Source: Octopus sinensis
Lineage: Eukaryota
Length of the DNA: 64,000 nucleotides
Direction of reading: 5' to 3'
Assembly: GCF_006345805.1 (NCBI RefSeq)
Contig: NC_042999.1
Coordinates: forward strand, 48,112,001 to 48,176,000
The notes beneath the pieces were generated by a model. That model ran no database searches, had not been told where the DNA came from, and saw nothing but the letters and a program-made list of their open reading frames with translations. Of this stretch, positions 27,120 through 41,713 are shown one piece after another (the first letter of the stretch is position 1; the number at the start of each line of letters is the position of its first letter). The translations under genes and the position numbers were made by a program.

Positions 27120-29611
27120 CACATGCATGCGTGTGGTGTGTGTCTGTATTTGTGTGCGTACACAAAGATAGATGGACAGAATATAACTAAAAATGTATAG
27201 GTATATTCTAATTCATTTTTATGCAATGAAATGAAATAAAATACAAGAATGATATAGAATCAGATAAGTTACTTTTCATAGCCTAATAGTATGTGATAGT
27301 TCTAGCTACTACTGTGTGCACACGCAACATACACACACACGCACACACATATATATTTATATACACACACACATTTTGTTATCTACAAATTTTGTGTGTT
27401 ATCTACAAATTTTGTGCACAAGCGTATTTCACATGAGAAATTGCAACTATGTTAAAATAGGTAAATGAAAAAGATGGCATAGGAAACTTAAATTTTTATC
27501 GTTTTAGATATATACTCGTTTTCATTAAAATTTTTCAAACACAAAATTATTCCCATAAATTAAACTCTGTTGATTTATGCTGCAACGATGCTGAAATAGG
27601 AAGAAGTTTAACGTCTTCAAAAGCAAAGTGTTTTACATATTGGAAATTGTTATATAAATTAAGGTGAAAAACCTTTGAGCATTGCATTTTCAATGTCATA
27701 AAATATATTTATATTCATCTGAAAACAAATAACAAAGAGTAAAAAATTATGAATTCTCGTCCTCATAGAATATTCATTCGAAAATTATAACATAATATAT
27801 TTGCCACTCCTTCTTACTAACATCTTTGTAACCAGATATATGGTGATATTCACATGAAAGTAAACATTTCGAAAGATTATTATCAAATCTCCACTTATCA
27901 ACTCACGCGATCGATTTACTTCAAAATTAACGTTACGCTATTTAATATCATATCCACTTTCACACATACACATACCTTTGTAGTCTCTCTAAAGACTGGA
28001 TATTCAAGACTGTTGGGTACGAAAAGCGTTTGTAGCATATATAAAGTTCTCTTTAGACTTGAAGGAAATGTATGGGTACAATGTTGAATGTCGCCGAAAA
28101 TCCCATTTACAGACCCACGTCACATACGCACTTAATGCCACCCAAAATATGACAATGGTTCAAAGGAACAACCATACCGTATCGTTCATCATGCAGTTAA
28201 CACAATACGTGTTCGATTCTTTGGTGGAGAGGTCCGTTCAGACTGTATACTGCAGTCATAGAACAATGCCGATGTTAATAACAATGAACCAGCAATTTAT
28301 ACCGTAGGCACTATTGTATCCAAATTTATATATCTCCTTGAAGAAACCGAGGATATCGAGTTGCGATTGCTTTTTTCGGCAGCATCTTCTTGGTATATAA
28401 AATGACGAAGTCGTAAAAGGCTCGGAACAATTGCTTTAAACAGGAAGTTAAAACTGATATCCAGGCAAACCGAGAAGCTTTCAAAGCTTGATTTGGAAAC
28501 AAATTTCTCTTTTTGTGTGCAAGTAGTACTCTGAGGCGCGAAGAATGCAATAGCGACAGTAAAAAATATCCCAGGAAAAGTCAGGGGAGAACTTTATTGT
28601 TAACGAGGACTTTAGATAGGCCAATAACGTCATCTGACAGACCATCCGCCGACGTGGTAAGAAGAACCGGTCTTTCACATCTGCCATTAAGATCTTGGCT
28701 AAGGTTTCGTATATAAAGCTTACATACCATATGCATACATAATTCCAGTCTACTCCGTCTTGTTGCTATACTTTACTATGAGATGTTTTATACGTCTTGA
28801 AAACAGAAATTAATAAAACTAACATAATTAACAGCAATTATATGTTTAAATGAAAACTACGAAGCTCAGTAATTAGTCGGAAGCCTTGATATTACTCCCT
28901 TGTCACATGACACAAAAGGTATGTATCTTGAAATTTGTAATATATCGTACATGTCATATGAATATCGTAATTTCGTACTGTATAGCAATAGAATTTAGAG
29001 TTTGCATAAATCAGTAGGGAAATACAGTTAACAAAGCTAGCAGACGTGTTAGTTGTATTTACAAAATGACATCGTCACCAAGCATATTGCGGCATATAAA
29101 AATTCTCAGTATATCACAGAAATGAAGATTTTATACATTTCACGATGCTCTTAACACTATGTGTTTGAGTAAGCAAAAAATTTTGATTTCTATGTTTTAT
29201 CTTTAGTTTTTTAAAACTAAATTCTCTATACATTTGTACCAAATTATATATATATCATAACATAGCTAGTTAGAGAGATGGAGGTAAAATCAGTGTGAGG
29301 TAGAGTAAAAATGAGAGAGATTGTGGAGATATGTGAGAAGAGATGAAAGAAGAGGGGAGTATAATAATACACTAAGTCCATGACATCATGCGGTAAGTTG
29401 TAAGGGGAAATGAAGAACGAGAAAAAATGGACCGTGAGAAAAAGTGGGAGAGAGAATTGTTAATGAGTTTTTGTAGGGTGGGAAGGGAAACAGAAGAAGA
29501 GAAATGTTATAGACATGAAGAGGAGAATTACCTGGTTAAAATTTGTCGAAGAGGTAGAGAGAGAGAAGTATAAAGTGATTAACAGACGGAAGTTTTAAAG
29601 CCATATAATAT

Positions 29612-30345
29612 ACAGGCTGAATTATCCGGCGTTGCCGGGTTAATGCTGTTTTTATTCAACTTAGTAAACAATAAATATGAAACTATATTTTTTCCTCATA
29701 ATTGTTATGAAATACCTATATTCTATTAAAACATATCAAAATTGTAATGGCATTTAGAACTGAAAATCTGTCAATGCTGAAGCACCTCAGGTTAACCAAT
29801 ATTCGCTGTGTAATTTCCTGTTGGTGTCGAAATGTTTAAATTGTTGCTGCTTGAAAATTGTGAGCAACCAAGCCGTGGGAGAAGCATGTAGTAGAGAGAT
29901 GAAGTCGAGCTACCTTGAGGGATTGACCCCGAGAGTAGCAAAACTCATTTTGATAGGAAACAGAAGCCTCTTAAATACAAATGGGACCTCTGTATGTATC
30001 AGGGAAAATTTTGGAATAAAGACATTTTCTTCTTTGTGATTACCTGTTATGGATGTTGCCTGTAGGAGAGGGGGCTTCACAGAAGTAACAATTAAGCGAG
30101 TTCTATTACACAGTCGAGGTGGGTCAAGATACTTAGGAGCAAGTTTCTGGGAGCATCTAGCTTTAGTGTCAAGTTTTGCGGTGGTATCCCAGTGGGTTTA
30201 AAAGTGTTCAGAAATTCAACAGGGTTTTGAAAAGCCTGATCTTGAATGATTGTTGTGTGAATTGATGGAAAAATAATTTCTGCTCTATGAGTTAACTTCT
30301 GAAAAAAGTTCATGATTCGGTTTATCAACAATTTCTTTAGTTGAG
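29612..30345 (-). mobile_element. Helitron 3' remnant with terminal hairpin
   Basis: PVEFLNTFKPTGIPP-NLTLKLDAP; FKRLLFPIKMSFA; RGQSLKVA; CFSHG. 3' hairpin CCGGC-AAC-GCCGG followed by a degenerate CTRR end (about 29612-29640). Confidence 0.88.
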
Positions 30346-31051
30346 GTCAGTGTCGCTCTTTCACATAACCACTTTATATCAGTGCAATTGACGATAGCAC
30401 ATATACTGACAAACACATACTTTCTCACATACACCGATACACACATACAGTTTCACATACACACACAAACATAAATTAAAGCTAAATACACAGACATACG
30501 ATTACGTAACGAACGCGCAATCATACACTCACATACACATATACACTCATATACAAAATGTGTCTTGGTCATGGTCGAGCTCGTATAATATGTCCTTTAC
30601 AATGTCGTACGTATCGAACGCACAAACGCAAATACTCTCACAGACACATACACACTCACAAAAAAATCTCCTTTATTATAGTTCAGTATATATATATATA
30701 TATTTGCAGCAAACTTTTTACAGTTACACTGTCTCCTTGCACGTATATATGTATATATATATATATGTATATGTATAGTCAGAATTTTGGATAATTCTTT
30801 ATTATTGCCTTCGTTCTTTTTCGAACTCGTCAAGGCAAAATCAAAATCAAAATAATAAAAAGAGAACGTTTTGGTGTTCATTTATATGAATCAGATGCTT
30901 TTTACATTGTTTAGGTGAAGAGAATATTGTTTTTCTTTTCCTAACAAAATGGGGGTAGGCGAGAGGGAGTGCAAAAAGTGGAAACCGACTGTGGGGGGAG
31001 GTTTCAGGAGAAACAAAAAAGAAGGGTAAAAATAATAAAAGATTAAAATAA

Positions 31052-31066
31052 TCTATCTATCTATCC

Positions 31067-31128
<62 letters not shown>

Positions 31129-31205
31129 ATATCTATCTATCTATCTATCTATCTTTCTATCTGTCTGTATCTCTGTCTGTCTGTCTCTCTATCTATCTAT
31201 CTATC
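31052..31205. repeat. (ATCT)n microsatellite
   Basis: Direct reading. Confidence 0.95.
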
Positions 31206-32310
31206 CTTTCTCCACCCTTTATTATTTTATCTATTGTTTCTTAATCGTCATGAAACTTCTGTCACTGCCTTTTTCCTCCCTTCTCTGCTTTTCTTTCTCT
31301 CAATCCCCACTATCCCCCCCCAAAAAAAAAACCTAAAATAATATTCTCCTCTTCTAAATAAGGCAAAAAAAAGCATCCGATTATATTATAAACGAACAAC
31401 GAAACGTTATGTCTATACCATTGTGATTTGAATTTTGCCTTGAAGAGTTTGAAAAACGAACGAAAGCGCTGTTAAAGAATTATCCAAAATTCTTACTGCC
31501 TTCTGTTTGTCAATATTCAACATCTTACCACCACTTCAAATACTTTATAAACACATGCTCATATATACATTTACTTCTTAGTATACATAAATATATCGGT
31601 GTATATGTGTACATATGTAGGTTTAAATATATACATATATATGGGCAGCTGTGATGCTACGTATATAGGGAGAAGACGTAGGAGAGAAGGAGAGATATTG
31701 GGATGGATTTAAAATAAGTGATCAATGATCTATGGAACTTTAGTATTACACTTAAGTGTAAGGAGCCTTTGTCTTGATATTTACGACAAAGTAAACCAGC
31801 AAAAGAAAGTAAATCGTAGATTTGGCAAAATTTACTTTAATATATTGAAATATTGTCGGAATGATTTTAATGTCGTGAATTATTACTGGCAAGACGGCAT
31901 TGTCAAATGTCATGAAAGCAATTCAATTTAAGATGCCGCTAAAATACAGTGGAAAATTGTTGGAACTGCTCATTGTAACAATCAAATCGTTTTCGGTACG
32001 TCAAGAGTGGAACGAAACGAATTTAAATTGAATATGTGTCAACAAATATCGTGACTGCAGCGAATGCATGCGACATGCGAAATTTTAGAAACAAAATTCG
32101 ATGCTAGATGTCGTATAATTATTGTACAGCAGATTCTGTGACGATCTTCAGATGTAGATAATACAAACGACATGACTTTCTTCGGCAAAATTATATATGT
32201 GTGTATGTATGCATGCACATGCGCAAAAGTGCGGACATATATTTAAGTATATACCAACGAGTGTGTATATGTATATACTTAAATACATACATACATATAC
32301 ATGTGTATAA

Positions 32311-32341
<31 letters not shown>

Positions 32342-32373
32342 TAATTGTATATATACTTATACAGACACACACG

Positions 32374-32428
<55 letters not shown>

Positions 32429-34877
32429 ATTTATATATATATATATATATACATATATACATACGTATACACACACCTACATAACATTATTCAATAGATA
32501 AAACGAAGTAGCGTTGCTATAATTAACCGAATGTTATATACACAGATGTAAAGACAAGTATATAAGTGCTTACGTGAATATTGATTATCTTTGTCTTTAG
32601 TGCAAATTACGTTAGATGAAGTATATTGCCTCCCCCATGTCTGCTTCTCAAGTACCTCTGCTGGATTTCGTATGAAAATTTCTGTGGCATTTCATATCAA
32701 TTGTGATACATAATAACTAAGCCATCGCATTACAATTTATCCAATCTTGTTTTCGCATATCATCGCCCTAGGTAGTATCCTTTGGTAATTTACCTCCCTA
32801 TATGAACTTCCTTGTTTTCAACATTTGTATTTTGGATTTCTTCGCCCTGCCTTGCTCTCTTGAACAGTTTTCCATGACTTATTCCCGATCTACATATGTA
32901 ATGCATTTCTATTCCTATCATCCTTGCTGCTGACTTTAACTACACAAGTGAGTGCATTGAGGCGCATATTTGTACTAATCTCAAGTGTCTGCCACATACT
33001 GTGACCTTTGTTGTATTAACATTCGACTTTCATGTTTTTGGAGTTACTTTGCATTAAAGCACGGGGAGAATTTCCCCATTATGGCCTCAACAAAATTCAT
33101 ACTTCTTTCTATGAACGCAAATTTTTTCTCAAATTACAACATACAAATCCTTTTTCCCTGATATGACTACATATCTTTACCAAATACTGCAGCTGAGAAT
33201 AGGAAGTTAGTAAACCTGAAGAAGACCAGTGATAAGATGCAGAGTTGCCCAACAATAATCGAGAGCGAACATACTAACACTTTCACAACATAGAAATTTA
33301 CAAATTACCTTCGTTACGTTCAACAATTTCTCCTTTAGTTACACGTTTCTGAATATTTTCCTCATAACATTTGCTTACACACTTTAAAGAACCCTGGGAG
33401 TCAACTAATCCAATATGGCACTGAAAGTTTATTTGATAATGTTTTTAATTAATTCGAAACAATGTACATGTGGTTTCAATGCATTAAAATCAGCGATCTC
33501 TTTAAATTTTGCTTCTTACTGCTCTCATATCATTCTAGAAAACAGCTGAGAGAAGCTATCTCTTAAAGCATTACACAAGGAACTTCCACCTTTTCAAGGT
33601 CTTTATTTACAACATTCCTTAAAAACGGGTATTATTTTCCAAAATTCACTTATTTTCCCATCATGCCATATCATGCTACATACCATATCCCATCTTGTCA
33701 TAAGTAACGCTTTTACTATGGTTTGTCTCCCGTAGATAAAATACTCATCCAGCATTCATTACTATTTTCAGAGAGTTGAAAATTATATGAAGAACATGTA
33801 AACAAACTGTCACATGAAGAACGTCGTCAGTTTTATTTGTCAATTTTCTGAAACGTGCGACCCGTCTTTAGCGAACACCCAACACTGTTTTTAAATAATA
33901 GCCAGGTTTATATTTTATAAGCACACTCCCATACATACTTCGGTATCCTGACATTTTCTTGAGTAATAACTATATTTTTCATAACTCAATTCTTTTAGGG
34001 TCACTTTCTGTAGTTTCCGCTTCATTTTCAACTTACTGGTTTGTAATTGGAGTGAAAGTTTTATACATCTCTTTCCAGTACCTTATGCTTATTTTCAGCC
34101 TCTTATAATCTATCTCATTTAATTTTGTCTTCTTACCACTCATCTCAAATTCCTACTTCAAATGTTTGATGTGTAACATTTTCCCTTGTTGTCTTCTTTT
34201 CGTCTTTCCTTTCTCCCCAATCAATTCTCTTTCTTACTATTCTATATTCCTGTCTTCCATTTATTGCATTCTTTCTTTCATTCTATTAGATTTCCCATTT
34301 TCTACATTCGAAATGTCTCCGCATTTATTCTGATACTGATCCATATACATTCTCGCATTTACTGCGATAGATCCTTGATGTTTAGATAAAAATATATTGG
34401 GTGTCAATTCAATTAAGTTTCCGTTATCAAATTGCTTATTTATTGCTTCGATGTGTTGTATTTTTCTTGATATATTTGTATGTATTTTCGTTACTTTTCT
34501 TCATAAATGCTTTCAGCATAGGAAGCTCGGATATTGTGATCAAAAATGTGTGGCCACGCAGAGATAATATTTTTCATAGAATTCCAAGCTTCCTTGTCTC
34601 TTAACTTACCTATCAAGACTTAGTTCACGACAGCCTCTCATCCGTCTTTCTCCAGTTCAGCTGTTTGGATAGAGAATATCAATGTATTTGCAATACATTA
34701 TGTCCTACTCCTTCTTCTTCTCTTCCATTCTCACTTCTATTCTTGGTTGACGCAATCGTAATATCTATCATTCACTTTAAAATCAATATATATATATTCT
34801 TTTAATGCTCCATTTAATACAGTATATTTATTTTTCAGGTATTGTTAATATGATTCTCCGTTGCCTTTTTTCAACAG

Positions 34878-34966
34878 ACATGGCAGTATCAGATGCTTTT
34901 CGAACATCTTTTCTTTTTTGTTGTAGAAGATACATGGCCGCTGCGTTCCCCATGGATCCTCCATAG
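34878..34966 (+). CDS. Candidate terminal exon of an unidentified gene
   Basis: Strong acceptor TTGCCTTTTTTCAACAG; phase 1 reading xMAVSDAFRTSFLFCCRRYMAAAFPMDPP*, resembling a helix-8 plus Cys-Cys tail. Unconfirmed. Confidence 0.22.
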
Positions 34967-35739
34967 TTTCCAATGTATCCGTTTATGGAGAAAGTGTATT
35001 TTGTTTGCTCACAAATAATTCTTTACCCTGTATTCTCAGAATGTCGATCCATTTTCCATCAATAATTATGTAATGAGAGGGCAGACGATAGACTTCCATC
35101 CATCGCTTTCCTCACCGGATGAATGGGGAGAGAATATTGATTTATGATACGTAAAATGGGGAAATAATTGACTATAGAAGGGTCAAGTGAATTGCTAGAA
35201 ACTACATATATAGTAATTTTTATTGTGAGAGTATGAGAAAGAGATTAAATGATTAGAAAAAAGATACAACGTGTCCTTACTTAAAAGAGTAAGCGGTCGT
35301 GATTGAGCTGAATTTAAGATTAGAAAGAACTTTATCAACATGAAATAAATTGAATGCATCCGTTTAGGAACGTACCATCCTTATAATCCGTATCGCAGTC
35401 ACAATTAACAAGTATTTACATTATCATGCCTCTCGCAGTTCTTTTCATTATATTCACACTAGGTGTTTACGCTGTCAGACCTAAGCATCTAAGTAGAACG
35501 CAAGACTTTGTTTTTACCCAGCTGGGGCCTGTTGCCACTGAAGTATTTTATCTGCATTTTATCTGCAGAATTCAAGTGTGTTCACTATCTGCATTTTATA
35601 TGCAGAATTCAAGTGTGTTTTCAGATTTTTCTCAAGTCATAGTTTTTCTGCGATAGCATATATAAGTTGTTAAACAATTATAGTTCATGAATACGCAAAT
35701 TAGTTTTATGTTACAAGAAATCTTACCTTTACAAACTAG

Positions 35740-37300
35740 AGGCGTTTGTTTCCGACTACATTTATCTTTTGGAACGTTTTTTTTTAGTGACTAACCATAA
35801 TCAAACAATATAGAACTCCAGTAGCTCTTTCACAATGTCTTTTCTGTGATTCCCCTCAAACTCTTAAAATAATATCTACGCAGCCTTTTCAACTTCATTG
35901 AGCTCTTCATCAAATATATGGTCTCTTAATAGCTTCCAACAAAAATACCTTCCTTGATTTTTGCGTCACTTGAAAGTTTTGTTTTCAAATACGTTACTCC
36001 CTTGCTAGTTCTATCCATAACTTTGACGAAATTCTTCCTGAACCCCAGCTTAATTTGCAAAAGAGATAGATAAATGTTCTCAAAATCAACAACGGGAGGA
36101 TCCATGACATTCATCTGTCCAGGAGTCAGAGATCGTTTCAGCCACACATTTTTTCATAGCGATTTTTCTTATCCCGACTGTCCCACTCACAGAGAAAGCG
36201 ACAGAACTTGCTGTAACCCATCTGCATTCCATGTAAACGTTTCACAACTTTTAGTTCACTACAAATATTCCACGTATGTTCCTCATACTTAACGTTTTGC
36301 AACAGAATAATCGTACTCTCATATGTTTCCTACATGTTAGCTGCATGGGCCAGAGGAACAGAAGGAAACTTATTTCCATTGTGTAGTAAAAGTGCTTTGA
36401 CGCTTAATTTTGATGAGTCACTCATTCGCGCAATATCTTTTATTGTTATTAAGTTCCCCATAACAGAATATATATCATTACAAAACACCATACCATTCTC
36501 AAATGAGAAAACAAATTTGCCAAATCACAAAGCTGAGCACGATTAAAAGTAACTTTGGTGTATTTCTGGAGAAGATTACAGCACTGTATGCTGGAACCAA
36601 AATATTCGACAAGGTTAATCCCGCACAAGATCATTCGTGTCTCCCTGACTCAGCAAATGTGATTCTTTTGAAGGACAGTTAAGTCCACTGTCTTCTGTTT
36701 CTTACTCCACATACACATCACTTGTTCGTCATCACTAAATGTCATTTGTTTTGGAGGTTCGGGTACACGTAAATGTTGCCTGTGAAATATTGGTCTCATA
36801 GCAGATTGTAAATTAGGTTATTGTACAGTATGCTTGGATTTTGATGTTATATCTAGTATGTTCGTCATGCGGAAGCAGCAATCTAATGTTTGGGCTCTCT
36901 CCAAATCATAAGGATGCCAAAAGGCATACGGCGTGAACTTTGGCCCTTGCAGTGAGAAGCCTAACACAGATTACAAAAGGCACATAAGGGGCTCGGTTTT
37001 CATCCAGGACACCCACTTTGCAGTCAAAATTACGTCCATAGAACTTGTTAATCAATGACGTGAAACGTAGTCGTTGTGACTAGAATGTTAAGTCATCGAA
37101 AATATAGCAAAAGTTGCTTGTGATATTTATATAGTTTCTTGGCATTAGGAAGGTGAATGGAATATGGGAAATTAGCACACAGCCGCACGGCCACACGTCA
37201 AGTACAGTTCTGACAAAACATCAGTTACTCATCGATTCAGTGTTGCCAAGCTTCGGTGACCCATTGACTCAGATACCTATATTTGTGGGTTCATTAGGTT
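35740..37300 (-). mobile_element. Chapaev3-like (CMC) DNA transposon remnant
   Basis: Decayed motifs: DCKVG..D...APYV; MPFGI-MIWREP; DSSKLSVKALLLHNGNKFPSVPLAHA; GMQMGYSKFCRFLCEWDSRD; LQIKLG-KNFVKVMD; SDAKIKEGIFVG. Family name is from recalled motif resemblance. Confidence 0.75.
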
Positions 37301-37645
37301 AATTCTATTAATAAACATTTAAATTAGAAGTGTATCTTAAATCGTTAGCTTCACATTTCAACAGCTAACTGAACCTTAGCTCACGTATCAGGAACTGAGA
37401 GGAATGTTGTGGAACAGAAACTGTTACAGAATATTTGTCATTATTTTTTAAGTCTGCACGTAAAAAACATATAACGTAAAGGTATTCTTTTTTTCCTTTA
37501 AGAAAAGTTCTTTGTTGACCAATGTGATCAGGCAATTTCAAATCTATGAGTAATAAATGTCCCAGTCCATATCTATATATCTACATGGTTCTTTGCATGT
37601 ACATATGTGTGTGTGTATGTGTATGTTGTGTGTCAGTTAGATTGT

Positions 37646-37671
<26 letters not shown>

Positions 37672-37677
<6 letters not shown>

Positions 37678-37879
37678 ATCCAAACAAGAAAGAACTAAAA
37701 AACACAACAATGCGAGGACGTGGAACAAATATAGTATTATTGGACGCTTAGGAAAGAAAGAAAGAAGGAGGGTTTAACGTTTCGAGCGGCGCTCTTGGTC
37801 GGAAACATAGGAGAAGGAAAGATCCAGAGAAGGGAAGACAGAGGAAAAAAAATCGGTACACACGAGGTCACATTTTGAA

Positions 37880-37880
<1 letters not shown>
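37672..37880 (-). mobile_element. Probable PLE terminal fragment with hammerhead-like motif
   Basis: Island between (TA)n tracts; motif 37772-37806 reads GTTT-CCGACCA-A-GAGC-GCC-GCTC-GAAAC-GT-T-AAAC. Confidence 0.55.
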
Positions 37881-37926
<46 letters not shown>

Positions 37927-37950
37927 TATATATATTATATATATAATATA

Positions 37951-37988
<38 letters not shown>

Positions 37989-38010
37989 TATATATATATT
38001 ATATATATAT

Positions 38011-38125
<115 letters not shown>

Positions 38126-39020
38126 ATAGATATTCACACATAAATAGACACACAGCTACCCACATGCACACGTACACTCATACACACTCACACACAGACA
38201 CGTGAATATCTTAGAATAGGCAGAAGAGAATGCGCATATCTACACATTATCATTTCACAATTTACTTTATTGTAATGACATGTTTTTAAACATTTCCACT
38301 ATTCAAAATACCTCGTTATTATTCCAGTTCGAGGCTAAATATGTCATAACTTGTGTATATCATATCAACTATTGTCTCGTTCAATAGAAATTATATTTAT
38401 ATTTACATCTTAACACTAGATTTATTGTGAGAGCCAGTAAATTATATTAACCAGCTCTTATATTTATAATTGATAGAGAGATACTTTTTTTTATTACATC
38501 AAATTTCGTGTCACATAAAAGTTAAATACACATGTTCAAAGGCAGACACTTCTTCAGTATACCTATCTTTCCGTCTGTCTTTATGTATTTATGTATATCA
38601 ACTAATCAATACTCCTATATATATGTGTGTATGTAGGTATGAGTGTGTGTATGTATGTATGTATGTATGTATGTATAATGAAAGAATTTGATGCATAAAT
38701 TTCTAGGCATATGCATTTTCTTGATGGTAGGTGATTACGTTTCACGTCAAAAAAATGTATTTGTTGATACCAGAAAGACTAGGTAAATATTTAAAACGCG
38801 TCAAATAAAGACTCAAGTCAGTAATAAACGTAGAGAATACAAATATTCTTTGCTGTTAGTCATATATTTCACTCATTATGTGCTCTATCAGTTGAAGTTC
38901 ATTTAGCTATATATAAATTGTTCCTCTAATTTAAATTAATAATTCGCTTCTTTGCTGATCTACTATTTTTAATCCTTGCACTATTGTGACAATTGGGACT
39001 ATTCCACACACTTCTTTTAG

Positions 39021-39365
39021 AAATGGCTCTCAACCACAGTCAATATAGCTCCTGAGGTTCCATATAAAATTTTTGGTGACCGCGATACAAAATAGAAAGT
39101 TCTAGGGATCTACAGCATTATTTTAAGGAACCTAGATAAATTAGGCTTTCGATGTATATATTGATATTTATAGTAAATAACAGCTACGTTTCGTTCCTTA
39201 TCATTTTACTTAGTTCAAACTACACAAGTTGATGTGTGAAACACAAAATATAGATTTAGCTAAAAGCTTCCATAAAACTGTTTTCTAAAAACCGAATGGC
39301 TGCTGGGGTCCACAAGAATAATATAGCAAAGTGGTCCATCGATAAAAAATGGTTGAGTACCACTG
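39021..39365. mobile_element. Possible hAT-type MITE
   Basis: Termini AAATGGCTCTCAACC and GGTTGAGTACCACTG match at 11 of 15 nt as inverted repeats and are Charlie-like; no clear 8-bp TSD. Confidence 0.4.
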
Positions 39366-40846
39366 GTTTATATTATTTGTGTACTTCTGTTACGAAGGAT
39401 CAATGTAGGTATTCACAGAGCTATGTGCATGTTTTCTTGGCATGATTTTTGGCTTGCCATAACAAAATTCTAGTGTTACAGAATTATTAGGTTGTTTTCT
39501 ATATACAGGACTTAACTATTTCCGTTGCTTTCACTTTAGTAGTTCGGCAGTTGTGTGCGCCATGTGAAGAACCGATAGAAGTACTTCCCAACCTGTTTCA
39601 TATTCATATACTTTGTACGAAATGCAAACATGGTATCTAAAACGTTGAATTTACATGTTTCTCCACGGTGCAAACATCACATATTTTAATTCATTTTTAA
39701 TTATTTGGCTTATAAATAAAGCTCCATTTATTTTTCCCAACGAAATGTTATCACGTAATTGTCTTTTCCTTCATACTGTCACAATTTCCTATCAATGCGT
39801 CTACGAGGCAGAAGAGAAAAAGTATAATTGAAATATTTCAGTATGGAATTTCATTCTACGTGCATGGTGTTCAAAACTAGGATAACAACAATGGTATTAA
39901 CTGCAGTTAAACTTGTTGCAATTGATATTATACCGAAAAAGAATGAACGACTTAATTATATTTTCGTTTTGTGTAAGATGTATGAGTTTATTCAGGCCCG
40001 TTTTGATGTCTTCGCTGGTTGTCTCTCTACGGAAGATATAAAATATCTATAGACTGGCAGACTTGTTAAGCGAATGTAAATTCTATATAACTACACCACC
40101 ATATATGTCCACGATATTGTATGTTCTATACTTACATAACGAAAACAGCTGCTTCGATTTTCTCGAACAAGAGGAATGTATATCTTAAAAAAGTCTTTCT
40201 ACAGCATTAGTTCTATTTTATTTTACATATAGATTATACACGTGTGTGTGTATCTGCGTGTTTGCAGAGCCATATGCATATACATGTTAGATAAGTATAC
40301 ACGCAAACACACACACACCACACACACACACACACACACTCATACACACACACATACACACACACACACACGCACACGCACACATATATATATATATATA
40401 TATGTATATATTCATATATTTACGTATATACACAATCACATACGCACATACATGCGTATGGGCAAGCCCAAGGATATATATATATATGCATTATTTTGTG
40501 TTTCCTTGTGTGCGAGTGTGTCTTTGTGTGTCTTTGTGTGTATGCGCGTTCATGTGTGCGTGCGTACCTGTATCTCTATGTGTGTACATGCATATGCGTC
40601 TGTGCTTTGGTTTATGTTTATGTGTGTGTGTCTATGTGTGTGTGTGTGTGTGAAACTGTCTGAATATATGGTACATTATTATATATTTCAAATGTTGCCT
40701 AGAAACTGTGATGTTCTACATTCAGACGATTTTCTCAGCTCCATGCTGTGATCCAGATGAAAGATGTTTCAAATTCATATACAGGCACATTCATAGACTT
40801 ATGGTTGATTGTGCATATATGTATACATACACGCACACACACATAC

Positions 40847-40929
<83 letters not shown>

Positions 40930-41569
40930 AGCGAAAACATAAAACAGTTTCTTGTGTAGTTTTCTATATCTATCTCTAGATAATCTCTTCAAACATTTCT
41001 CAGTAATGTCCAATGGATTTTACAGCAAAGAATTAAAAAGCTAAAATAAAAGAAATAACAAAATTAATTGGGAATACATTTCTCTCCGGTAGTTTTTCGG
41101 GAAAGAAGGCAGACAACAATGTCAGGAAAGTATAATGCCAGCATCGACAAGAAATAAGGTGAAACTGAAGCAATCACAAAGCCGTCATGTATTCGGAGGA
41201 TCAAAATACAAATGCAATTATCTTCATTATTCTCTGTCTGTCTCTACTATACGTCTGAAAGCTTATTGCTGTAGCTAAATTAAAAAGAATTGAATTACGT
41301 GAATTTCTTCTCATTATTACTTTCTTTTTTATAAACTAACAGCTAAAGTCTCGCCCATGTAAAGTTTTAAAAGGTAGTCGTTAATGGAAGTAAATCTGTG
41401 ATATATAGTTTTGCATAGATAATGGTAATCGGGTTATTTAACCGGAGCAGCAATTCGACATTTAGACATTCATTAATACTTCACTTCACTTAAGCTGTCA
41501 AAGTACAAAACACTGACAAATGCATATATCAGCTCCAAATGCACACGCACACACACACACATATGTATG

Positions 41570-41663
<94 letters not shown>

Positions 41664-41676
41664 TACAAATATATAT

Positions 41677-41712
<36 letters not shown>

Positions 41713-41713
<1 letters not shown>

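Noticed and set aside
28050-28720. Possible Gypsy integrase C-terminal remnant (HPKYD..PYRIV)
   Set aside because: Single weak motif; no other LTR-element features.
32600-34700. Possible highly decayed LINE RT on the minus strand
   Set aside because: Only faint GLLQ and YYLG-like fragments; insufficient.
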